DNA of 64,000 bases from contig MU006092.1 in NCBI GenBank assembly GCA_010093705.1, positions 1,134,350 through 1,198,349 on the forward strand, written 5' to 3'. The notes under the pieces are model-generated. The model was not told where the DNA came from. It did no database searches and saw only the letters and a list, made by a program, of their open reading frames with translations. The translations under genes and the position numbers were made by a program. Shown piece after piece: positions 38,807-52,772 of the stretch. This DNA is from Patellaria atrata CBS 101060. Taxonomy: Eukaryota. Each line of letters begins with the position of its first letter. Position 1 is the first letter of the stretch.

Positions 38807-39619
38807 CTGTGCGGTGGAGGAGACGGAAGTGGGAGGAGAATATGGTAGACTGGATGCGGAGATGAGAGGAGTTGTCTTGTTCGGTAGGATGTACGAGATC
38901 AATATCATATTTTCCGAGATATCTGCGAGCGATTTTGAGCTTGAAACGATGAGGAGTAAAGCCGATACAACTGGTATAAAATCAATCTTTGTAATACCAT
39001 ACAATTATGATCTTGGATTGGTTTCTTTGTAACTCGACCCCTTTTCTCAGCATACCACCTCATAACCAGTCTGCGATTACGTAAACCTCGGCTTCGGACA
39101 AATATTAAGTTACAAATTTCCCGCCAAGGTCGCGACGTTGATCTCTCACCTTAACTCCATCCCATCAACTGTTACAACTCTCAATAATATCGATCCTGAA
39201 AATGAATATTGAACGATCAGGTCTGATGTGAAGTTTGAAATCAAAACCGCTGGTGACCCGGAGATAGACAACCATCTCAGTATTGGACTAAGGTGTGATC
39301 TCGGAGAAGATTCCCCGCGTTTGGGTAGGAAATAGGTAGCAGAGATGTGCAGATTTGCGCCATCAGAACGTGCCGGAACGGATTTGAGGAGGGAAGGATG
39401 GATTATTCATCGATGGTATTGGGTGATGGTCGCCGTTCTCCTCAATTGACGAGATCTGGGGAGTATTTAAGGGTTAGGTGTTCGTTATGATAGGTTTGCT
39501 ATATATACCTGACACTCTTTACCAATATCTCCGCTGAACTCTTCAATTCTCCCTTTCCAGTTTTACTACGGTATTTTCCTTCCTGTGAGCAGGGTTCAGT
39601 TCGAAGTGTAAAAGAAAAG

Positions 39620-40912
39620 ATGAGAGAAGCAATCATCCATAAAGACCTTCAGGTCGAGATCATCGACTCTCTGATCCCAGAACCAGGACCGGATCAGGTC
39701 GTAACGAAAGTCGTGGTCTCGGGTTCAAATCCTAAAGACTGGTATGCTCCAATTATCTGTTCAACTATCCCATTCTCTCCCCATCCCTAGTCCAGCACAG
39801 CAATACCCATCCCCCTTTAACCCTTCCCCTTATACCCATCGACCACACATATCACCTTCCTAACACTCCCCAGGAAAGTACCCGAATGGACATCACAAAC
39901 CCTAAACCACGGCGACGACATCGCCGGCATCGTCCACAAAGTCGGCGCCAACGTAACCGAGTTCAAGCCCGGCGACCGCGTCGCCGCCTTCCACGAGATG
40001 GTGACGCCTGGGGGCAGCTATGCCGAATATGCGCTCAGCTGGGCGTATACGACGTTTCATATTCCGAACAATATCTCATTCGAAGGTGTGTAAAGACCCC
40101 TTATCCCCAAAGAAAAGCGCCCCAAATTTACCCATACCCCTATTCCCCCTTCCCCCATATTGCCCACACCCCCGTCCCCCTTAACCATCCAACACCCACT
40201 AACCTTCCTTTACATTTCAGAAGCATCCACCCTCCCCCTCGCCTCCATGACCGCCGCAGTCGGCCTCTACCAATCCTCAACCCTCTCCCTTCCACCCCCC
40301 TGGTCCCCGCACCCCCCTTCCTTCCCTCCAACCCCCCTAATAATCTACGGCGCCTCCACCGCCGTAGGCGCCTACGCCCTCCAACTCGCCTCTTTGTCGA
40401 ACGTCCACCCCATCATCGCCGTCGCGGGCCGCGGTATCCCCTTCGTGCGCACCCTTTTAGACGAGAGCAAAGGGGATAAGGTTGTGGATTATCGCAGCGG
40501 CAACGTCGTGGCTGAGCTGAAAAAGGCGTTGGGCGGGGAAGGGGTAAGGTGGGCGTTCGATGCGGTCAGTGAGAGGGGGAGTTATGGGTATATCGGGGAA
40601 GTTATGAGGCCGCCGCCCAAGTCCACCTCTGCCACCTCCCCCTCCCCCTCTACCCCCTCATCTACGGCGGCCGATACCAACGCAAACCCGAGACTGACCA
40701 CAGTCCTCTTCACCTCCGACTACTCCGCCCTTCCCCCCCATATCCAACATTCCCAGACTTCGGTCGGCAGCGTACACAAAGACGCGCAAGATTTCGGATA
40801 CGTTTTCTTCCGGTACTTTTCCCGCCTGCTAGCCGACGGCCGGCTGCGGCCGCATCCGCACGAAGTCGTGCCGGGCGGACTCGGGGGCGTGGAGACGGTT
40901 GTGCGGAGGTTG
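39620..40912 (+). CDS. MDR-superfamily quinone/enoyl-reductase-like oxidoreductase (3' end lost in the assembly gap)
   Basis: VSGSNPKDW, GDDIAGIV..VG..V..FKPGDRVAAFH, IYGASTAVGAYA and EVVPGGLGGV. Exons 39620-39741, 39874-40085 and 40221 to the gap. Confidence 0.88.
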
Positions 40913-41012
40913 NNNNNNNNNNNNNNNNNNNNNNNNNNNNNNNNNNNNNNNNNNNNNNNNNNNNNNNNNNNNNNNNNNNNNNNNNNNNNNNNNNNNNNNN
41001 NNNNNNNNNNNN
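40913..41012. other. Assembly gap (100 N)
   Basis: Run of N; true length unknown. Confidence 0.99.
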
Positions 41013-41541
41013 AGGGGGAAAGGGGGAAGAGCGGGCTGTGTATAAGCTGGGTTAAGGCTGTGCGCTGTTGGACGTATGCTTGGGGTTTTTTTTTTCGTGT
41101 GTGGTAGTTCCATGGGACTGTGATTGGGATTTGAGAGGAGAGGAGGGCTGGCGGGTGACTTGAAGTCGAGGGCTTACATGACCGTGGAACAATATATCAA
41201 ATACGTCAAAAATATCCCTTACGTTATTTTGATTCCACGTGGCCCTAGTCATGTCACACCAGAGTCATACATCAACCCTCGTAGTTTTCAGCAACACAAC
41301 TTGACCCAAACCCACACTCCCCTCATCACCTCAGTCCCCTAACCCTTCGTTATCGTGAAAATATCATAGATATGCACATATTGCTCCATAAAAGGAAAAT
41401 AAAGAACAATAATCATCCACATAAAGCCACCCAACCACTTTCACCCCCTTGCCCGAACATACGCTTTAAAAACATCCCAGAAAAACCGCTGAAGCCCGAG
41501 TGCTTTTACCAAACTCCCAACTCCAATACAAGATAAGAAGA

Positions 41542-44500
41542 CTAGATCCTCCGTCTCAGCGTGATCGGTCTCGACTCTTGCGTCGCGGCCGGCAAAGCGT
41601 TAGAGAAGCGATCTCTCTCTGCCCAGAAATCAGCACCAAATCTCTAGACTTACAAAAACCTCTGAGAGAAAAGTGGGAGACATCACATACCAGGCTCATT
41701 ATCAAACCCAACAGTAATATCATCATGCTCCCCGGGATACTCCGGCAAATCCAAACAAACAAACCTCTCCCTCAACGCCCTGCTCTCTCCCTTCCTCAAC
41801 TCAGCTGGAAGCGCAAATTTCGCGTCGACGAACCTGACCGCGTACTTCCCACCTGACTTGGTCCGCTCGAACACGTCCATGGATTTGATCTGGAAATTCA
41901 TGCTGTCGGCGTGAGTGAAGTCCTCGAAGAAGGCGAGGAGTTGGTACACGGAGCCCGATTGGACGATCTGGATGCGCACCGTGCTGGCTTCCCACCTCTT
42001 GTAGATCGGGACGACCATCCGGCGTCTCGAGATTCCGAATGTGCTCGCGATGCCGTCGTACTTGACGCTGAAGCCTGTGATGGCTTGCTGGAAGACGTGC
42101 AGGTCTTTGAGAGTCTGGAAGGCGTAGGTGCGAAGTGTTTGCGTGGTGATCATGCTGCGGATGAGGTCGCGGAGTGCGTCGGGGACGGTCGGTTCGGCGG
42201 CTTTGGGGTTGAGGGAGGTGGTGGCGTCGTCTTGCGGTTGGCGGAGGAGGGTTAGTTCGGCGCTGTTACTGACGGTGAGGCGGACGAGCATCTCTCCGGG
42301 ACCTTGGTAGACATTAGTTATTTGCTCTCTAATTGCAGGATTAGATCTCACTTACTCATGTTTAGGCGGTCTGTAAAAGACCCAGAGCTATGCCTAGAAA
42401 CTATCCTCAGACTTTCGGATAAGACGAGTTTCGAATGTTCCGTATTAGGATCAATCGGATCGCTGTTTATAACCCTCAAATCTTGCCAATGTAATCGTTT
42501 AAGAGGATCATTCCCCGATTGCACAAAACCTGCCCCTTGTTCCGCCTGCTCAATTGTGATTCCCTTCAATGGCATTTGTGCAACCTCCATCTCGTCCGGG
42601 CCAAGAGTCATACCATTTAGCTGTCCGTACAATGCACCCCTTTCCCTGACGTCATTAAAAGCCATGAATATCGTGACCTTTCTCTTCTTCTCCGGTTCAG
42701 TTATTCGAAATATTAACGCTGGTGTTCTATCACCACTCGGGTCGGTTAAGAATTCGAAATCCATATATTTCTTCATGTCGAATTCGTTGCTGACACTACT
42801 CAATGTTTTGCTTTTCGGACTTGTTACTATGAGGAAGCGATAACCTCGATGTAACTGTCGCTCGCCTGTCCCTTCGTGAACAATCTTAACTTTCTCAAAT
42901 ATCCGAGCTCTACAACGTTTAACACGTTCTGGTGGGAAAACATGCGGGTTAATTGAATCGGAATATTGAAAATCCCGTAATGTTACTTCGGATATCAATT
43001 TCTCATCTTCCTTTGGGTGCAAACTCGCTTCCACTTTCTTCGTATAATCGTATATATTCCATAGTGTCCTAAAATCCTGATCTGAGAAGTCTACATTTAG
43101 AGTAAAATCCCGCGGTAGCCGTATGTACATGCCCCTGGTTTTAGTCTTCCACTGTACATCTTGCCACGTCAAGCCCTGCCGAGCATCATTCTGAACAGAT
43201 ATCGTAATCATCTCAGTCTGGCTGCAGATTGAAAACTTAACGCAGAAGTCGGATTTTCCTCTCATTATCGACAAAACGCACGGGACAGGAACTCTATCAG
43301 TCTCGGTATCATCCGTCGTGAGAGACACTTGAACGAATATTCGTCCATATGAGAAATCATTCTTGGTGTCTGCCAGCGGCATCACGAGCAGAGGATTTGT
43401 CGGACCTCTCTGCGCGCCATCAACGAAAAGAGATCGAGAAGTATTATTACCCGAAATGACGGCCTGAACGTCCGAAGCATAATGAGGATACCTGATCCAT
43501 ATGCTCTGATCCTGACCCTGGATGAGTGACTGATGAGGTGGCATAATATGATTTCTACTCATAGAACCGGCTAATGCATTGAGATTTGCAAGAACAATAT
43601 CCATCAGCTCATAAAATTCTGCCATTTCCAGGTCACCCGCGTCCTGGGCTGCTTGCGCACTTATTCCGGTAGGCCCGTATCGTCTGAGCATGGGATGGGA
43701 TTGCAAAAGATCCGTGACGATCCACCAACATTTCGCTAGATCTACATGACCTTGATTTAGAAGGTTCTCTGTACGCATGTCTGGTCTTCCATCTTGAGTC
43801 CGAGGTTTGTTTCGTATCATGATTTCTAAACCAGCCCTTGCTTTTAAGAACCACCACATTGATGCTCTGAGCCACTGTAAAGGCGTTATGTCATACAGAG
43901 GCCATTCAATCTCTGCAGTAAGACGGAATATTCCCCTCATATGGGTAACCCTATCTGCAAAATCTTGCAAGCAAGAGTCACCAGCAAAACCTCCAGGAGT
44001 CATGGCCCAACCCGGAGATGGTGGTACAAATGCATGTATTCCCTTTTCGGCAGAGGGAGAAACGAAGTGTAAGCCAGGATCAGGTGCAGTATGGACCAGG
44101 TGCATCCCTTCGTCTTGTGACATTTGCGTCCCTGGGTTTTTCCGTGGAACCGGATTGGCAGGTAATGTATTTGAATGTTGGGGTGATGCGTCATGTGCTA
44201 ATGGTACAGCGGCATGGGGAGGAGGTGTAGGTCTATCTCGAGGAGTAGGCGAAGGTCTTTCACGGGAGATAGGGGAAGGTCTGGAGAAATTTGTATTTGA
44301 GGGTTGGTTCGGAGGTATTATACGGGGTGAAGGTAGAGGTGCAACAATGTTATTATCATGCGGTGGAGCTCGTAGAGAAACTGGAGGAGGAACTTCGGCA
44401 GCGGCAGAATCCGGGTGTCGTGACTGAACACTAGGTACGGAATAGCTCGAGGCTGATATAGACGATGGAGAGTAATCTGCATGAGAGTTTTCTTCCACGT

Positions 44501-45701
44501 GCATGTGGCGAAGTTTTGATGCGGCTGAAGGTTGGCGTGCCGGTAAGTTTTCGAACGACGCGTTTCTAGGGTCCCGAGAATTTTGGGAACCTTGCGATGA
44601 GTTTCGTTGCAATAAGCCACTCATATTCTGAATCCCCGAATTCGCCGTAGAAGGTCGCGAATTATCTTGGCTTATCAATGCTGATGGATCTTGTGGAAAC
44701 TGTTGTAATACCCGTCCCTCTTCCGATTTCATCTTCTGTTGGACCCTCGCAGAAAATGAATTTGGATCGCTAGGTTCACTTTCAAGAAATTGATTCAGCG
44801 CCTTGTTCATGTCTATTGGGGATTCTTCGTAAGCTAATTTCATTTCAGGAAGACGCGGTGGTAATGAGTGCGGAGTGGCAGAATGGTGCTCTTCAGGAGC
44901 AGAGAACGCAGTATCTATCCGCTTCAGTGGTGCGGCTTGGAAATAACTTTCATCCTCTTCTTGAATGCTTTCCTGGATGCTCATAGTATCAGCGATACTC
45001 TCGTGTAGACTCTCATCCAGGCTAGGTCTTGCTATGCCGTCATCAACCCCTACTAGACCAGTAGGAGCTCTTTTAATACCCATTCGAGGTGGAGATTGAG
45101 GTATAGGTAGCGGCACTGGGGGTGACATTCTATCCTGTACTGGTTGAGAAAGCTCCCCGAATGAGGTATTTGCTCGTTTGATAGGGGCAGGCCTAAAGTC
45201 GGGATCTGTCTCTTCGTTCTGCTTTGGAGGAAACGAGGGTTGATGTCGGGTCTGCGTGCTTGTCCTTTTCAGATCCTGCCTGTTATGCTCTGCACGCAAC
45301 TTTCCTACCTCTGAAGGAGGTGCTTCTGCTTCGTCGCCTCCTTCTCCTATTATAACAGGTATAGTTTTCGCGAAAGCAACGGTGAGGTTCTTCCTCCGCT
45401 TTGTTCTGGTAGCTTCGGGACTTTTCAACGAAGAGTTCAGTCCAGGGCTCACTTTCTTCAGATCTTGAGCGCTGGGCCATCTTTGAGCAGCGGCAATGTC
45501 AATCTTGGGCGCTTTAGGTCCTCCCTGGGCTTTATTTATCGACGGCTTCAAGAAATCCATGACGTCGTCCTCGATGGCTTTTTGATTTTGAGCTTTTGCT
45601 TGCGCATCATCGTTTGACGTCTTTTTCCCACGCCAACTATGCTTGCTAATGAATCTATTTATGTCGGGACGACGGTGAACCGAAGGACTTTCTTCAGTCA
45701 T
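41542..45701 (-). CDS. Large fungal hypothetical protein (~1344 aa; disordered Pro/Ser-rich N-half, folded-looking C-half)
   Basis: Exons 45701-42356, 42302-41691 and 41618-41542 join in frame at canonical sites. No catalytic motif recognised. Start inferred. Confidence 0.8.
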
Positions 45702-47049
45702 GCTGGGCGGTTCGCGGGGCACGCGATATGGAACTTGAGGGGTTAGGAGTCGAATTGCATACAAGTCGAGGCAAACTGGAGGGGGAGCGGCGAGGAAAGC
45801 GGAAGGAAAGGGGTCACAACATGAATTTGAGAATTTCAGTCGAGGAGTGGGCAAAAGGATCGTGGAGGCTACTAGGCATTGATGAGGTGGGTGGTGTGCT
45901 CTTGAGGTGCCTGAGTGCCAGTGAAGGTTTAGTGCGGTTAGATGATGCTTGATGCAGACGATATGCCTTGGCCTGCTTATCGTCACAACAGTTTGGGAAC
46001 CAACAAGCGCCACCACGACAAGATGAATATGAATGGGGAGTAATCGTTCGTCAAGAATCTCGAGAATGACAATTTTATGTACCGTACAGTAACCTGGAGT
46101 TATGGTAGCACAAATCCAACTCCACGTGAAGACGGAAGATTATCTCTCAGTACCACCTTCCAGGAATATAGTATGGTGCTAATGGGAGGCAAAGGTACTT
46201 CGTATTCTTACAGCTAGCCTCATCGTTCTAGTACGACTGCACGAGTTTTAGGGCCTTAAGACGCTCTCGTTACCTAGTCAGGTTCCAAAACTTCAGTATG
46301 ATGATGAGTCAGGCATCAAGGGCATTCTAAAACCTACTCAACCTCATCTCTTCAGCATACATCTACTATCAAAACTCCCCGTAACCACATGAACAGACAG
46401 GTCTAATTTTCATACAACGTTAAGACCAAGTACCTTCAATGAACTAATGATCCGAATCCCCATTTCTGTTCGTTAGCAGCACATTTCGACTGCACCTACT
46501 ACAAACCCTCCGTCTAACGCAGAAGTATGTACCAAAACTTCCTCAGCATCCAATCGGCGTACGGCAAACTTATAGTCTTGCTATTTACCATCATGCCTTC
46601 TATATTCTCCAGTCGTCATGCAAAGCATTGGATTCAGCTGATGATAGGATCCCGTATCTCTGCCTTGCTTTTGTGATAATTGTCGAGATATTCATAGGAG
46701 TACTGTACCGTACATGCACAAGTCCACGTCCATATCATCATCGATATTTACAAGCCCCATCCCATCCGTTTACCCATCCCTAACGAGCGAAAACATGTGC
46801 TCATAGCCGTAGCCGTAAAACAGTAAAGTGCTGTTTTGAAACAACCCTACACGTAAGGATTCTACTGAGGTATAATGCTAACTCAAAAACATGAAATCAG
46901 CCTTGATCGAACCAAGCGCGTGCCCGTATCCATGACGGTGCTGCGCAAAACGTAAAAACATAAACATGAAGGGAGAATGTGACTAAGGAGTTAGGAAATT
47001 TTCATGCTGGAAAAGAAGCTGTAAAAAAGGACAGAGATGTGGTGAGCGA

Positions 47050-50039
47050 TTAAAATTCACTCGGTAGGCTCATATCACTAGTGAGTTCTCCGCTTTCGAT
47101 GCGGTCGACTCGGAGGACAAGTTCCTACATTAACTGTTAGCAAATCATATTGTCCCGTAGAGATAAACAAATGATCAATGTACCTTGGTGGCTCTAGCGA
47201 TCCTGAAAGCTAACGGCGGTATCTCCGCTTTCCTCCCACCCCTTTCCACTTCAACTAAGCCCCTGCGACATTCCTCCAACGCATCAATAACCGGAGGAGC
47301 ATGTTTAGCAAGAGCAGAATTCTTCAGAGAGTTAATTGCTTCTTGCGTCTTATTGGCAATATCATGGACGGTCGTGCTGATCTCAGAGACATAAGAAGTG
47401 ATAGCCTCATCGTCGTGTGAGGAGTTTGGGTTGCTTCGGATACTGTGAACGAGAGGCTGAATACTGTGGACTAGGATCGCAGTTTGATCTTCGAGGTAAT
47501 TCTGTTGCCAAAATTAGTACTCACTGTTGGCTTCCTTCGTTTCCATTTTATATGCCTACCTTGAAAATTTCCAACCCGCTGTCTCGTGGGGAACCTCCAG
47601 TCGTCAAGGGACTCGTTCCAGCACCCTCTGATCTCCTGGACGACCAGATTTCCGAACGTCTCGGTGAACCAGTGCTGCTGTAGCCTGCGGAATCTGTGCT
47701 ACCTCCTCTGCTTCTGTGTCTTATGTGACCTAAGCCATTTTGTAAACCGAGATACCCTTTCGTGAGCGGCATTGGTTTATCATCTTCCTCCCGATGTTCA
47801 TCCTCTAACTCTATAGATGGAGTTGGTCGAATCTTTACAGCTCGTATGAGTTCGATAACAGCTGTGGTAAGGTGAGAGGCAGCCGCATCAAGAAGGGAGA
47901 CAGGTGAGAGACCACCAGCTGCGGCATGATTCTTGGAGGCGGTGATTAAGTTGTTTGCAGTTGCCGAAACCCTTGATTTCAGCTTTGCGTGCAACTTGGG
48001 GGTATCTGCACTATCGCTATAAACGCTTTGAGAGTCTGCAGTATCCATGTCGCCGGTGATGTTCCGTACACATATGACAACACCTTTCATACACTCCAGC
48101 ATCGCATCCGGATCCGTCTTGCGTGCTGCTTGTAGAAGTTCATCAACACTCAGCTGGAATTTGGTCACTTGGACATCCTTAACAAGGCCTTCTGGGTGAG
48201 TGAATGTTGTATCTCGAACATAAACAGCAACATTCGAATTTTGCGCAGCCAAACCGATGGATGATGCCTTAAAAGTTCGTAATTGCGTCTTTATCCGCGC
48301 GTACCGGGATTTCCAGTCTCTAATCTCATTCTCCAACTGGGTAACCTGCTGACCAAGACGCTCTTCTTTCTCCACTGCGGCATGGCTCTGTTCCGATAAC
48401 GAGCGCATCTCCTGTAGAAACTGTGAAGCATCTCGACGAACATCTTCCGTGATCTGTTGCTGCTCTTCGAGTTCCTTTTCTAGATTTTCGTATCTTTCTC
48501 GCCACTCTCCGTCGTCATTTGATCGATTTCCACGCGCTGATTCTTGTCTTGCTTCGTCTAGTTGCATCCGCAGGTCCCTCTCGGAACTTTCCTTCTCTAT
48601 TCGCATTCTTTCCAACTCAGATTGGAGAGATGTATTGAGGCGTTGAGCTTCTTCAACCTTTTGTTCAAGGCTGTACTGGAGGTCAGACCAATTATCGCGT
48701 TCCTTATTATAGACCTGTAACTCATTAACTAATGCTATCAGAATTTGATGTTAATTGCATTTACATTATCTCTATCCTTCCCAGTATTCTGAATCAACTC
48801 CATTTCTTCATCCTTGTCCCGCAAAGATGTTTCTAAGCTGTTCACTTTCGCTTGTAAGTCGGATATTTGGACTTGTAGGTCTTCAACGAGCTTGGACTGT
48901 ATTTCCTAGTATGGTGAGTAGAGACATAGCGAGCAGATTCCGGATCGACTTACTGATTGCTGAGCAAGGCTTTTCGTCGTATTCCGTTTGCTCTCCCGTC
49001 TCGCTGCGCCTTCTAATCCGAAAGCGTCTTGATCGTCATCATCCTCATCAAGTCCACTCTGATCGTCATCATCTTCCACCATAGTACTTTTATTAGGAAT
49101 GATCGTATTACTCTGGAACGTCTTTGGTAATGGTCGCCCGAAACTGTTTGACCCATCAGGCACTCCTAAGCCGCCATTCCCCATTGGAGGAGTATTGCGG
49201 TATGGAGGACCAGCACGTGGTGGTGGTCCTCTGAAGTTTGGAGGTGCACTACCCATACTGCTCGTAGTACCTGCTCGACTTGGAACCCGTTGACTACTTG
49301 CTACACTACCAGTTGGACTACCTCTGCGCTCGATATCGGGGCCTAGGAATCGCGGAAATCGGCGTTCTAATTCGTAGAAGACGTCCGTCGCGAGTTGTTG
49401 AAATCTCTCAAGAGGAAGTGTTGAGAGTTTTTGGCGGGCCTGGTTTCTTTTTGGGTGGAAGTTTTGTTTTGGTAGGAGGAATTTGGGTGTGTCATTTGCA
49501 GGTGAATTCGGCCCGCCGTTCTTACGCTCCTCTTCTCTTCGAAGAAGTTCATCATAGACGTCAGTGCTCAACTCTTGGAACTGGCCTGCCGAAAGGCGGA
49601 GAAGTTTATCGCGTGCTCTGTTCGGTTTTGCATTTCCCTTTTCGTCTTTCAGGTATGGCGCCAGATAGCCCTTCAGCACGTTATGATGTTCCAACAATGC
49701 TTCCTCAATCATTAGAGCTTTCCGACTGCTGATATTGCTGTCCGCCATACTCGGTGCGTAGAGACCCGTCCCACTGCTAGACCTTGCGACCGAACTTGAC
49801 GGTGAAGTTTGGCCATTACTAGTTGTCCTCCTCCCCATTCCGTTTTGCATGCCCCCATCTGTTGTACTTGTACTGGTATGAACTGATGCTGGTGGTGTCA
49901 CTAGGGGACCTCGGTTTGATGTAATCGATGGGGAGTATGGGTTATCGCTGCCGTTTAAATTTTGATATCGTGAGAGAGGTGACCAGTCGTTACTGCCTTC
50001 TACTGATATGGGTGACAGTGTCCCATTGCGTCCTGCCAT
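47050..50039 (-). CDS. SPA2: Polarisome scaffold Spa2/SpaA
   Basis: Two SHD/GIT repeats (ARDKLLRLSAGQFQELSTDVYDELLRR; ARQKLSTLPLERFQQLATDVFYELERR), a coiled coil, GLSPVSLLDAAASHL and C-terminal IPPLAFRIARATK|ELV. Multi-exon. Confidence 0.93.
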
Positions 50040-51070
50040 CCCGTTTCACAAAATGGTAGTCCGAGGCGCCAACGCGCGGGAAAGCCGTTTTGGATCCTTT
50101 TGGGGCTACAAGAAAGGTAGAAAGTCGCCGCAGTATACACTGGTATGAAGACGTAGTGATAGGACGGAGAATAAAAAGTAGGTTCGAAGGGAGTGGCGTG
50201 CCTGAGGGAGAGCAGATGAAACAACAGCTGTAAAGACGGTGAAGGCTGCGGCTCGAGGGTCGACCTCAATTGTAGCCGCGGGAATGTCAAGAAACAAAGG
50301 GTCAAGATTCAGCCGATACTGGTAGTGAGAGTAAAGAAGTAACGTAGCAGAGAGAGATCAGGCTCAGCAAATAATTAGGCAGAGCACATGAAGAAAGTAG
50401 AAAAAGGGTTCAGTCAACGATCTTCCCCAGGAAGATATTATTTGGAGGTTCGCGATACGGTCGAGGTCAGATTGTAGGCCCCTTTCCTATCGCAGGGATT
50501 GTGAATTACTGCGTCGCCGTGACTGGTTGAATACCGCGCTAAGCTTGACCACACAAGGCACCTCAAAACATCCGCTAATTTTCCCACAAAGCTCAGGATG
50601 GAGAATTGAAGAGACTGTGAATTTTCCTTTTGTTTATTTTTCAAAAAGAGATTCAGTATGGTAGATGTGTGAGGTGACGTTTGTTGTTCCGCCTTTCTTG
50701 ACGTATTGCAGATTTGAGGTTGCGGGATTCAAACGGGAAAGTGCCACGCGAGGAATGCAGCGCACCTGCATTTTCAGGCACAAAAGGTAAACAGATTAAG
50801 GAGGCACTACGCATTACGAATTTGCGATGTACCTTCCGGAATCGAAGCGCCACTACTATCCTTATTATTAACCCTATAGAAACATCATAAACACACAGAT
50901 ATAAGGTACAGTCAAGTACGGCGAAGTCGGCGAGAGAATACTGCATCCATGCATTACCTAACCTGATCATGCTACATCCTAAGGGTATCCCAAATCAGCC
51001 GAAATCAAGTAAGAACCAAGGTTTTACCCTATACGCCGAAAACGCGATTCCATCATGTCTGATGCGGTAT

Positions 51071-52408
51071 TCATCGCGCTTTCTTGATCTTACTCGGAGG
51101 CAATGTCCGACATGCAGGACACAGCCATTCCCCCTGGGGCTCAGTCTTCAGCCCTACACATCCCCAGTGAAACCATTGATATTGACAGTTCTCATTGTCA
51201 CACGCAACCATATCACCGTAGCTGATAGACTGGCATGTGCAGTACACCCTATCATCCCCATCGTCTTCATCGACATCCATACCGTCATCATCCGCGGCTC
51301 CGTCATGACCAACGCCAGACGTTTCTGCGTCGGAGCCATCACCTTCACTTAGAACGCTTTCTTCGTCGCCTGTGGATGGAGAAGCTTTATTATGACCCAT
51401 AATTCGGCGTGCTGACTTTTTGGAAATTCCTCCCTTCCCAACCTTTTTGCGCACCTGCTGATGTGGAGCTATCTTTCTTGAGGTAATCTTCTTAGCTGGT
51501 CGAGGTCCTGCACTACCCGCTCGACTACCAGCTCCTGGGGTCCCAGGTTTTGGTGTTCCCGGCCCAAGTGAAGATTGGCGAGCAAGATTCGAAGAGTGCG
51601 CGGGTAAAGTTCCTAAACTTGCATTTGGACGTCGTCGTTTAGCATCACTACCAACGGATGCTTCCCGCTGGCGGTGGTTGGCTGCTATGGTCGATAGACT
51701 CGTGAGAGCGGTGGTTATGAGCGGATGGGGTTGCATACCCCCAACACTGGGAGACCCTAATCGACCCGCAACAGCAGCGCTGGCCATACGTGCCATAGCA
51801 GCATTAGCAATATTCGGCGCACCGCCACTAGTTGTATTGATCGATAGAGGATTGAGTGGTGTGCTAGCGCCAGTGCCTGCGGAGGAAGCAGGTGGGACGA
51901 GATTTCCGCTCGATTCTCTTAAGAGCGACGGTAGCGTTGGATCCATGGGCATAGCATTTTCCGTCTGAAGGTCACGAATCTTTATGTCGAGGCGCTTCAC
52001 ATGTCGTTCGAGCTGATAGATGTGAGAAACTGTCATATAGTATGAGGAGTGGACTTACCAGAGCTACTGCTTTCTCACTTAGGCCTACTTTTTCTTCTTG
52101 AAGGATCTGTGCTTGTTCGAAGTTTTGCATGATGATCTTACTATACGGTTCTTCTTTGGGATTTTTGACAAGACTACCGTTTAGCTTGATAAATTTCTGG
52201 ATACTGCTGTCCCTGGTGTTGATCACACTTCTACATTCTTGAATCTGCTGGTCTTTTGCAGCCATCTCCTCCATTAGATGTGCTACCTCGGCAGGCAGGT
52301 TGGCGACTAACAATAATTAGTTATTTGTTAATTTAAGAAATAAAGGACCATACCATCATGAACGAACTGTTCAAGTACAGAAGCTGCATCCTCTCTAGAC
52401 TCCGTCAT
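51071..52408 (-). CDS. YNG2: ING-family PHD protein, Yng2-like (NuA4 subunit)
   Basis: ING domain [24 protein letters not shown] finger [28 protein letters not shown]...WLCPAC. Exons 52408-52354, 52306-52059 and 52012-51071. Confidence 0.88.
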
Positions 52409-52772
52409 AGTACGTGTGATTGAGGTGTGGCCGAACCAAAGTAGGAAAAGGAAAATCTCGAAGCTGACTTATACTACGAAGGATGCAGTCCTTGACGGAG
52501 ATGAGATGTTGATGACTTGGAGATGGAAAGTTATGAAGTTTGATAAATACTTTGTGAATAGAGCGTCGTGACTTGAGTGGCAAGTGAGCGTGTTTATAGT
52601 CACAAAAATGCAGCACACTTTAGAATGAAAAATATGCCTCGAAGAAGTGATTTCTTGAACTTTAAGTCACCCTAACTTAACTTTTCCAACTTTTTCAACT
52701 GCTTTGATATCTTACCTTTTTCTTGTTGCGGTCATTTTCTAGGAGGTGGTTACTAATAAGGGAGAGAACAAG

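Noticed and set aside
40913..41107. ORF continuing across the N-run
   Set aside because: Artefact of the 100-N placeholder; frame across the gap is unknown.
45702..46016. ORF-track N-terminal extension of the large protein (similar cases at 6762-6902 and 19522-19716)
   Set aside because: Non-ATG starts and 5'UTR-like composition; downstream ATGs fit better.
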